From positions 1-64,000 of IMG/VR virus record IMGVR_UViG_3300028591_000130: 64,000 nt of DNA; one strand, 5' to 3'. Shown piece by piece: positions 1 through 9,900 of the stretch; the stretch's first letter is position 1; each line of letters opens with the position of its first letter. Source of the DNA: a virus (Duplodnaviria; Caudoviricetes). The translations under genes and the position numbers were made by a program. The notes under the pieces are model-generated. The model saw only the letters and a program-made list of their open reading frames with translations. It ran no database searches and had not been told where the DNA came from.

Positions 1-1728
1 AACAAAGACTCTCAGAAAACTATTAACGCTGCTGTTTTTGTACAAGGCGAGTCAGTTAATAAACTTATGATGGACAGTGGTGACGCTGTAGAAAGAAAAG
101 GCGATAAAAGCTCTGCGGCTACACTGTCACAGTTGTCTTCGGTGCAACAAGCCATAGGTCTTGTGTCAGAAATCATAGGACACGCTGATATTCCTATTAT
201 TTCTGATCAATGGTTAAGAGTAAGATCACCGTTAGAGAGTTATCTTGCGGAACAGGTTTACGGTACACCTTACCAAAGCTGGGCGCACCCCATTAATACC
301 TTCTTGTATCCTGCTCTTGAGAGATCGATCTACGAACGTTCCATTTTTTCGTCAATGTTCTCTCACGTGGTAGAAATGGAAAAAACACCTGAGATTAACG
401 TACAGATAGGTAACTTACCACGTCTTAAGATAGGCAGCAAACAGATTACAAGAGGACCAAGACAACTTCTTTATATGACGTCGATTTTGGCTAATCGTAA
501 CGTTTTAGTAGGTCACGCGATAGCTAATATGATCGACGCCAATAACTCTAAGCTTGCTGTTCCGATATCTCACGCTCTTGACGTTGCAACAGGTGCTGCC
601 CATATTATGATAGGCGGTAAGTCATATTTCAGCAGTATGACTCTCGGTGCTTACTTCGGATGGGAAGCTGCTCGTATTAATGAAGTAACAGACAAGAAAA
701 CTAAGGGTAAGTATATGGCTGCAGGTGCTCTTATAGCTGCAGGATTCAGAGCACTTAAACATATCACAACAGGCCGTGACTGGGTTCCGGATCGTGTTCT
801 TGAAGCTCGAGAGATGGAAGATTACTGGGACCGTCTCACTTTTATCAAGTACCAAGGTCTTTATCACGAAGCAGCAAGACGAGCCCTTGACGAAGAAGGC
901 GTTGATATCCAAAGAGTCTTGGAAAATACTGACGAAAAAGATCAAGCAAGAAAAGCAATGTTGCGACACCTAAAAAGTATCAAAAAGGCTCTTGGTGAAG
1001 CTTACGGCGGCAAAACTAACGCTATGAAGGATTACCTGAGTAAGCTTGTTAACCGTAGGATATCAGAACTCGTTCCTGTAGAAAGTATGGTAGAAGGCGG
1101 TAAGTATACCCAAAGTGCCATTATCTACAAGAAAGCTGCTGAAGCTACAATGTATGGTCTCAAAAAAGGCGCGTCATGGTCTTCTATTATATCGGCACTA
1201 CCTACCAATGACAGAGAATACTTTATGGAGTTTGTGTCAGAAACTGATCCTGACAAGAAGAAAGAGATCTTGTCTATAGTATCACCTGCCCTTAGAAGAG
1301 CCCTACAAATGTCATGGGGCCTGCCTACAGAACAAAGAGAAACTAACGAACAGTTCTTTCAACACCATTATCTTCCTGACAGTAACTGGGCAGGTTGGCG
1401 CCCTGAAGTTGATATCGCTGACGTTGAGGTTAAAACTATAGATAACGAAGGTATGAATCTTTCTGACTTTGGCTTTTACGAAAGCAGCCTAAGAGAACCT
1501 GAAGTTATGATAGCGTCACCTTTGCCTTATAAAATGACTAACAAAGATCTTAACATTAGCAGTGAACTTAAAAGCTTGCTCAAAGGTAAAGGATTAAAAG
1601 ACGTCAAAGTTAACGTTACGGAAAACAACACAATGGGGCCTACAGAAATAATAGCTGATATCGGAATATGGTCAGGTATTCTTGATCAACAAAGAAAGGT
1701 AGAAGACAATATACGTTCTTGGATTTGA
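1..1728 (+). CDS. C-terminal part of a large virion-associated protein (5'-truncated), starting with the end of an SNase/thermonuclease-like domain
   Basis: The frame is open from base 1. NKDSQKTINAAVFVQGESVNKLMMDSGDA matches the C-terminal SNase pattern (D..gR.lA.V.v.g..vN..Lv..GlA). Gly/Ala hydrophobic stretches follow. It lies in the structural module. Confidence 0.6.
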   Translation, partial: NKDSQKTINAAVFVQGESVNKLMMDSGDAVERKGDKSSAATLSQLSSVQQAIGLVSEIIGHADIPIISDQWLRVRSPLESYLAEQVYGTPYQSWAHPINTFLYPALERSIYERSIFSSMFSHVVEMEKTPEINVQIGNLPRLKIGSKQITRGPRQLLYMTSILANRNVLVGHAIANMIDANNSKLAVPISHALDVATGAAHIMIGGKSYFSSMTLGAYFGWEAARINEVTDKKTKGKYMAAGALIAAGFRALKHITTGRDWVPDRVLEAREMEDYWDRLTFIKYQGLYHEAARRALDEEGVDIQRVLENTDEKDQARKAMLRHLKSIKKALGEAYGGKTNAMKDYLSKLVNRRISELVPVESMVEGGKYTQSAIIYKKAAEATMYGLKKGASWSSIISALPTNDREYFMEFVSETDPDKKKEILSIVSPALRRALQMSWGLPTEQRETNEQFFQHHYLPDSNWAGWRPEVDIADVEVKTIDNEGMNLSDFGFYESSLREPEVMIASPLPYKMTNKDLNISSELKSLLKGKGLKDVKVNVTENNTMGPTEIIADIGIWSGILDQQRKVEDNIRSWI

Positions 1729-1732
1729 TATC

Positions 1733-1762
1733 TTGACATTAAAGTAAACAGAGTGATATAAT
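1733..1762 (+). promoter_or_regulatory. Consensus sigma-A/sigma70 promoter for htpG (TTGACA-18 bp-TATAAT with extended -10 TG)
   Basis: TTGACA at 1733-1738, TG at 1754-1755, TATAAT at 1757-1762; GGAGG RBS at 1780-1784. Confidence 0.85.
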
Positions 1763-1795
1763 GGAGAAAAAAACGTTACGGAGGCTTTAAACTTT

Positions 1796-3766
1796 ATGGC
1801 AACAGAAAAGCTGCAATTTCAAACAGAAACCAAACGGCTTCTCGATCTTGTTATTAACTCTATCTATACTAACAAAGAAATCTTCTTAAGAGAGTTGATA
1901 TCTAACGCAAGTGATGCCCTTGATAAACTGCGTATTGAGGCGTTAACAAACAAAGATCTTATTAGTGACGACTACGAGCCCGAAATCTTTGTTCTCATAG
2001 ACAAAGAAAAAGGAACTATAACTGTAACAGATAACGGTATTGGTATGACTCGTGACGAAGTTATTAACAATATAGGGACTATCGCCAAAAGTGGCACAAG
2101 TGACTTTCTCGACAAGATCCGTGGATCGTCTGACAGTGTTGCGCAGGAATTAATAGGACAGTTTGGTGTAGGTTTTTATTCTGCGTTTATCGTAGCTGAT
2201 AAGGTTGAACTCGTAACCTGCAAAGCGGGCACTGATCAAGGAGTAAAATGGGTATCTGAAGGTACAGGAGAATATGAGATCGAAGATTGTGAACAGCACG
2301 TTAACGGGACTGCTATTACCTTATACGTTAAGGAAGAATTTAAAGACAATCCCAACGATGAACTGCTGTTTCTTAACGAGTATATTATCCAAAGGCTTAT
2401 CAAGAAGTATTCCGACTTTATTCGATATCCCATAAAGATGTACTTTGAGAAAGTACAGAAGAAAGATCCTGAAGACGAAGAGTCAGAAGAAGAGACTATT
2501 ACCGAGATTAAAACCGTTAACTCTATGAAGCCCTTGTGGATGAGAAACAAAGATGAGATTACTCAAGAAGAGTACAGTAACTTCTTAGGTGCACAGTTTA
2601 GAGGCGGTAATAATCCCCTTGACGTTATTCACGTTAAGGCAGAAGGTACGGTAGAGTATACAGCCCTTCTTTTTATTCCCCGTTATGCACCTGCTAACCT
2701 GTTCAGCAGTGACTATGAAGCAGGATTGCAACTTTTCTCAAGGCACGTTATGGTTATGAAAAAGTGCAAAGATATCTTACCTGACTGGTTACGTTTTATG
2801 CAAGGTTTGGTTGACTCTATTGATCTTCCCCTTAATATTTCAAGAGAAACCTTACAACACAGCAAAGAAGTACAGATCATAAGTAAAGCACTTGAAAAGA
2901 ATATTCTTAAACATTTTGCTAAAATGTTAAAAGAAGATCGCAGCAAGTATGAAGAGTTTTGGTCTGAGTTTGGCAAGTCACTTAAACTTAGTATTTACGT
3001 TAGCGGTTATAACCCTACTCTGCATGAAAAGCTTAAGGAACTGTTTATGTTCCATACGTCAAAAGAAGGTAACGCTCTTTCTACTCTTGCAGAATATGTA
3101 GAGAGAATGCCTGAATATCAAAAAAAGATTTACGTAGTATCGGGTAAGAATCTTAGTGACGTAGAACAAGTTCCCCAAATGGAACTCTTAAAGGATCGCG
3201 GCTTAGAAGTCATTTACCTTGTTGACTCGATAGACGAGTTTACGATACGTCTGCTTAACAGCTACAAAGACAAAGAGTTTCAGTTCATTACGGCAGAAGA
3301 CTTTGATCTTGGTGACGCTGAGGCACAGAAAGAGAAAAACAAGATAGAAGATACAGCCAAAAATTACAAGGAACTTCTCAGGGACGTCAAAGACATTTTA
3401 GGTAATGGTGTTTATGACGTCAGGCTGACGTCTAATCTTAAGAGTAAAGCGATATGTCTTGTAGCCGGTGCAGGGTCACCGTCTCTTTCTATGGAAAAGG
3501 CTTTTGAAAGTCTGGGTAATCACAACGTTAAGTCGGTACAAATTCTTGAATTTAATCCTAACCATAAGGTCTTTGATAAGCTCAAAGAGTTGTATCAAAA
3601 GGGAAAAGACGACGTTACGTTTAGGGATTTTTGCAAGGTGCTTTACTCTCTTGCACTTTTAACAGAGAACGTTATGCCTGATAATCCCAGTGAGATATCA
3701 GGAAAAATAGTTGAGTTTATCGTTGATTCGGCAGAATACCCCCAGGTAAGTTTGGAGAATGACTAA
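1796..3766 (+). CDS. htpG: Molecular chaperone HtpG (Hsp90), full length
   Basis: GHKL and Hsp90 motifs are intact: FLRELISNASDA, DNGIGM, GTIAKSGT, IGQFGVGFYSAF, LPLNISRETLQ and C-terminal LEFNPNH. Confidence 0.97.
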   Translation: MATEKLQFQTETKRLLDLVINSIYTNKEIFLRELISNASDALDKLRIEALTNKDLISDDYEPEIFVLIDKEKGTITVTDNGIGMTRDEVINNIGTIAKSGTSDFLDKIRGSSDSVAQELIGQFGVGFYSAFIVADKVELVTCKAGTDQGVKWVSEGTGEYEIEDCEQHVNGTAITLYVKEEFKDNPNDELLFLNEYIIQRLIKKYSDFIRYPIKMYFEKVQKKDPEDEESEEETITEIKTVNSMKPLWMRNKDEITQEEYSNFLGAQFRGGNNPLDVIHVKAEGTVEYTALLFIPRYAPANLFSSDYEAGLQLFSRHVMVMKKCKDILPDWLRFMQGLVDSIDLPLNISRETLQHSKEVQIISKALEKNILKHFAKMLKEDRSKYEEFWSEFGKSLKLSIYVSGYNPTLHEKLKELFMFHTSKEGNALSTLAEYVERMPEYQKKIYVVSGKNLSDVEQVPQMELLKDRGLEVIYLVDSIDEFTIRLLNSYKDKEFQFITAEDFDLGDAEAQKEKNKIEDTAKNYKELLRDVKDILGNGVYDVRLTSNLKSKAICLVAGAGSPSLSMEKAFESLGNHNVKSVQILEFNPNHKVFDKLKELYQKGKDDVTFRDFCKVLYSLALLTENVMPDNPSEISGKIVEFIVDSAEYPQVSLEND

Positions 3767-3842
3767 CAAAAACGTATTAAGTAATCCGAAGCTGCAGAAC
3801 TAGTTTTGCAGCAGATCATAAGAACCGTAATTGTCATAAGAC

Positions 3843-3870
3843 AAGCCTCCGACAGGAGGCTTTTTGTTTT
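3843..3870 (+). terminator. Rho-independent terminator after htpG
   Basis: AAGCCTCC-GACA-GGAGGCTT stem-loop followed by TTTGTTTT. Confidence 0.85.
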
Positions 3871-3939
3871 CGTAACTCTTAGGCTGTTCGCTTGTCGGTA
3901 ATGTACAGATAGTATAAAAAAGAATAGGAGAGAGGTAAT

Positions 3940-6900
3940 ATGGCGGCCACACCCGTTAACATTGTCGATAACGTATACCAAGCTGACAATGCCAGTGTTA
4001 TAGACCTTGGTGACGTATTACAAGACGATTCTTGGTATCAGCACCTTGATCCCGAGACTCAAGCTTATCTGTTACGTAATGTCATACAGTCAGAGAACGG
4101 ATCTGTTATTAATCTCGGTACAGCTGTTCTGAACAAGGCAGGTATCCAACGTGTCCTGGATAACACAGAACAAACCATTAAGGCTCTGGTTGCAAAAGAA
4201 GAAACACAAACTTACGAGGTTAAGAGAAAGAAAGAGAAGTTTAAACATAATCCCCATATTAGAGAAGGATACAAGAAGCTCGCGACACACGACTTCTTCA
4301 GCAAACTGACAAGCTATATTAGCGAAGACAATGAACTTTTTAAAAACACAAACAAGCCTGTAGAGATACCTTACGAGAATATACAAGGTTTTCAAATTCA
4401 CCAGACTACGAACCAGACCATACAGGCGTTAGCTAATATTGAAAAGCAAGAAGGTATGGTTGTAGGTTTTGACTTTGAAAGTACAGGAGGCGTTAAGCTG
4501 GGTGAAAAACAGATACCGAGAAAACTAACCGAGTTTACCTTTGTTAAAAGGAATATTTATGACGAATCTGATATTCCTGAAATTTTTAGTTCTATTGTTG
4601 GTTCAAGCGAAGAAGACGATCAGGAATATGAAGATATCATAAACAAAATTGAACGTGGACAAGAATTATCTTACGAAGAAAGAGTTACAGCAACGCGTTT
4701 GGCAAAAATAGGTGCGTCGTCACAACTTGACGGCGCTATTGCTTGGAATTCTACTGAAGCTCAACAATATGGTATTTTTACCTTTAATAAGTTTGTCGGT
4801 GAAAACGAAGTTGCTCTCAGAGATACACGAATGATGCGTAGAGGCAAGGACGTACAACGCAAGATCGGAGAAATCCAAAGAAGTTTACCGTTACAAGATA
4901 TCGAACTTGATCACAAAAAGTTTTCAGTTAGAGGTTGGGAAAAAAAGCTGTTAGAAGGTGTTGACGCCGTACTGCACGGAGGCAAAGGGAAAACTGCTCT
5001 TACAGCTGTAGGCCATAACACAAGAACATTTGATATCTCACTTCTAAACAGTCTTATGACTAACGGACAACTCTCTGAAGGCGCCCAAGAAGCAATGCGG
5101 TATCTCTTTAGAGACAAAAATGACAGTCAACAAAAATCAACAACAGCAAAAACTCTTAAAGATAAGGTTGATAAACAACTTAAAGAATTAAGTGATACAC
5201 TTAACAATGAAGATATCAGTAAGACTATACAAGATTATCACACAGAAGTAGATCGTCTTGTGACACAAGGAATTGAGGCAAAAGAAAGTGCAGACGTACA
5301 ACAATATGCACAGTACTTTCTTAACGTACAACAACAAAGAACACAACTTGAAAATGAACTACAACAGAGAACTACAGATTATAATAGCGCTGAACAAAGA
5401 TATCAAAATCTTAAAAACTCAGGTGTTGGCGATGACAGCGAAGAACTTAAAAAAGCTGCCTTTGAACGTGACGAAAAAAGAATCGCACGAGATAGCGTAA
5501 CTCGCCAGATAAAGTCACTGCAACAAGAAGTATTTAGTAAGAGCAGTGAGATATCATTTATCAATGACGCCATTACACATGAGAGAAACGTAATAGCACA
5601 ACAAACAAGAGCAGAGTTAAACAGCTACCAACAACAAAATAAGACACCGGAAGAAATAGCTGCTTTGCGAGAGCAACAAACACAAAAAGAAAGAGCTCTT
5701 ATTAATAGCTGGACAGTTTTTGATAACGCTACAAATGAAATGCGAAAAGTACAAGACAGAGAATACGAACAACAAGTTGATAACGTAAGTCTAAGCATAG
5801 AGAGAGATATACAAGCTACAGAAAATATGAACAAAGGTATTGAGGACCAACAAAAGACATTTCGAGATATCATTAAGTTTAACGAAGATGAAATTCGATC
5901 AAAAGGCTATGATCCGCAACAACGTCCTGACACAATTGCAGACGACGCTTTAAAAAGTGCTTACGATAACTTAGAAACCAGTAACGAAGCGTTACAGGCA
6001 AGTAAAGAACAGTTACAACAAAATAAGCTGGAGATAGACAGTAAAACAAAGTTACAAGATGAGTTGAAAAACACTTCAGATTACAAACAAAAGGCAGTCT
6101 TAATAGAAAGGCATAATCTTCAACGTCTTATCAACGCAGATAATAAAGTTATAACACAAGCAGAAAACTTTCTAACAAATGATAACGTCCAAGATAACTA
6201 TAAACAACAGTATGGCGCGGAAAGCTACAAACGTAAAACTAAACAAGAAGAGAGACGAAAACAAGAAGCACAAAACAGGATAGCTAATTATAAACAACGT
6301 ATAGACGCCTTAGACCAAGGTGCCTTACCTGAGCTTCATACAAAGATCAGTGACAGAAGAGATATTGTTACTAATCTTGCAAAACAACACACACAGTTAC
6401 CAAAGACTTTGGCAGACCAGATTAAAAGTATAACGACAAAAGGAATCGAAGATCTAATTAGCGGTTATTTTCAAGAAACGGTTAATAGTTTTCGTAAGCT
6501 TGAAAGAAAAGACTTCACTACAGATGAAGCTTTTGCTAAATTTCAAAACAGATTTGAAACCATAGACAATAGAATCAAGCAGGCTTCTCAAGGTGAAGAT
6601 ATCATTTACGAGACAAGACAAAGTATAGACGATATGATATCTGAAACATTATCTGATGATTCTGTTATTAATCAAGCGAGCCGTAAAGATATAAATGAAG
6701 CTGCAGTGGATTGGGAAGCAGTTACAGAAGAATACGACAAAATTATTGACGCTAGAGAACAAGGCAATGCAAAAGTTAAAAGTATACAAACAAAGTTACG
6801 CCAGCTGACTGCACAAGGTGACGTTATTGGTATGCCTGACGCTACATTGTTCAGAGATGAGTTTGGTAACGCGTCATTTAAGTATCACTTGGATACTTTG

Positions 6901-9900
6901 GCTGTGTTTAGGCGTTTTATGCCTGAAGATTTTTACGACGAAAGTGATATCGATCAAATGGGTCGTATGAATCTTACGTCAGGACAGCAAGAAGCTATAG
7001 TAAGACGTATGTCTGCAGCTGTAGATCCACAAACAGGTAAACGTAACTGGTCTATGTCTGTTTACGACGATCCCCGTAACGCAGGCGCAGCTCACGCTGC
7101 AACTACGGACACCTTATATAATCTCGAGTATGTTCTTAAAAGGGGTATGCTTGTTGAAACGTCGCCGCTAAGACAGGCGTTATCTTCTTTACAAGAACAA
7201 TCTGATATCGTGTTAAGAAATGACGGCTCTGAACTTTTTCTTGCAACGTCAAGGATAGATCATGAAGCTTACAGACTGATGACTTTTGCCAAGGATCCTT
7301 TAACAGAAACTTTCAGGTTCCCCGATAAGTATGCCGTAAGTTCTAAAGACGTTGAAAATAAAGTTCCAGGCAAGGTTCAAACAGAACTTGTAGGATCTCA
7401 AGGGATCCAGAAAGGTGTTACCTATCGCGTTAAAAGATTGTTTGAAGCTGCTACAGAAAAAGAATTTCACGATATTATGAAAGATATGTATCCTGATACT
7501 GATATCAGTAAACTAACTGTACTTGAGCTTGAAGCTTACGCGCCTAAACCTGATCCAAGGGGTTTGTCTGTCAGGTTAAGAACCCCTGTTTATTACGTAG
7601 GTACAAGACAAGACATAGCTAACGCTATGATGGATCATACCTTTTATATCGGTGACTTACAACGTAACGGTGAGATAGATACAATAAAGGTATCAGATTA
7701 TACAAAAAAACAGCTTGCAAAGCATACCTTTTCACCTGACGGAGTTATAAAGACAACGCCTTTTTCAGCACCTGATATCGTAAGAGAAGGTGTAAGGCGT
7801 GCAGAACAAGAAGCTGCTGCTCGTAAGATCAGGTATCATGACTATAAGGCAGATAAAAAGCTTCTGGATTTTTTGGAGTACGAAGAAGACAAACTTAAGG
7901 AGTTAACCAGCCAAACTACACAAGGTTCTCCTTCTGAAAGAGAAGCACAGATTAAGCTGTATCAAAGACTTTGGGAAAACTCTACGATCATAGCACAGCG
8001 GATCTTTAGAGGAGAAGCTGTTGATATTAACAGTGAAATGTATAAAAACAGTTATCAAAACTTCTTTGGCTTTTATAGTTTTGATGACGCACAAAAAGGT
8101 CACCTATTACCTGAGACACTGTCAGGACAACTTGGTCGCATTGACTGGGCACGCCAAAACAAAGCGACCATACAAGCTGCAGTTACTAAGGCAGAAGAAC
8201 TCGCAGGACCTAAGCAAACTAATCGTGCTGTAGTAAGCTATTACTACAGAAAGCTGATGCAAGGTATAGAAGACTACATAGAACAACAAGAACAAACAAA
8301 GAACAGCAGACGTTTGGGATGGGAACTTGACGGTCTTTACGGTTACGAATTTGAAAACCGTTTTGAGATTAACCTAAAGGGATTTGGTGATATCACAAAG
8401 GATACTATAGTTACTCTTAACCTTAACTCTGAACCTCATACGATATCACACAACATAATGAATGCCCTTGCACAAAATGGTTTTAGAGATAACTATAAAC
8501 CTGAAGAGAGAACATTGTTTTTAAAACAAGTACAAAGATTTTTGTACAATACAAGACAGATAGGGTACTTTACTGACGGTCTGTCAAAACGTAGTAGAGA
8601 GACGTGGATTCAAGAAGTTAGGGACGGAACACGACAGTATCCTGACGCCTTCATACAAGAATTTAATTCTCAGTATCCCTTAGATGAACAAGAAAGACCT
8701 ATGAACCCCTTTAGGATTATGGAACAAGATACCGAAGTTACTGCTGCTCACAAGTTGGTACAAACGCTTAAAAACAAAAGAGCAGTAAATCCTTTCTCCG
8801 GACATATTACAGGGACTTATCGTCATACGACGTCAGGATGGACAGAGACTTTTACAAATGCCGATGAAACAAAAAAGGTTTTAGATACTATTGGTAAAAC
8901 TATTCCTACAGTTACAGGTGTTTTTTCTGAAAAAGAAAAAGATATCGAAACTAAGGTTAACGAAGTTATTGATGACGTCGTTGACAACGTTTTAATGCTC
9001 AAAGACGACAGAATATCAAATGAAGTTTTAGAAGGTGCAGGTTATACAGCTCAAGAGATCACAACTCTCAGATCAGTCAGAAGTCTTCACAAGCAAGGTT
9101 TACAGCGTTACACAAAACAGTTATTTGGTCTGATAGCGCACATGGGCGGTACGATAACTTGGGACTCACATTCAAGATCGGTTATGGCTAAGATAGGTGA
9201 CAAGATGATCGATCTTGCCATACCTACAGAGCGCTTTATCGGTGGACAGTTACAATATCAGGTAGGCGGCAGTTTGCTTTCAATGCCGGTAGGTATCTTC
9301 GATCTTAAGGACGGTTACGGTGAAAGAACCGAACTTAAGATGACAAGCTTGATAGAAAAAGCCATTGCTACTCAAGAAGGCCTTATCAAGTGGCACAAGG
9401 AACAATTTGCCGAAGGTGAAGGCGACGTTTTGTATCACCTTAGTAAAACTTTAACCGGCCTTGGCACAACCTTACGAACTGCACCCATAGTTAAGGATGT
9501 AGGCATAACGTCACGCAGTAACCAGTTTAGGGTAGAGTATAAAGATATCTTTAAAAATATTCCTGCTTTGCTTGGAAGTAACGTGCCTGATATCGACACT
9601 TGGAACACAGACGAAGGCTATAAGCAAGTTATAAGAGACTTGGCAACCGGCGTACAAGAGTATGAGCCTGATCACCCTGCTTACTCTCACTTCACTGCGC
9701 TTCAGGCTAATCTTGACAGACTGCTCATTACGACAAGAGAAGCAGGAATTGTAACAAAAGCTGACTACAATAATATTTTACAAAGTTTTATTCCTAACGT
9801 TAAGATGGCAGATCACCTTGCAGGTATAGCAACTTACCATGGTGACTGGTATAACCAGTTTGTTCAACAAAGAAGAAACCCCGCTAACGTAGAAGACGCT

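Noticed and set aside
3767-3870. tracrRNA-like or omega-RNA-like element after htpG
   Set aside because: There is no matching repeat and no Cas, TnpB or IscB gene in the window; only generic hairpins are present.
5104-6858. Intein or intron as the explanation for the insertion in the 3779-aa protein
   Set aside because: There is no N-terminal Cys/Ser block, no C-terminal His-Asn and no LAGLIDADG motif. The frame is continuous and coiled-coil-like.
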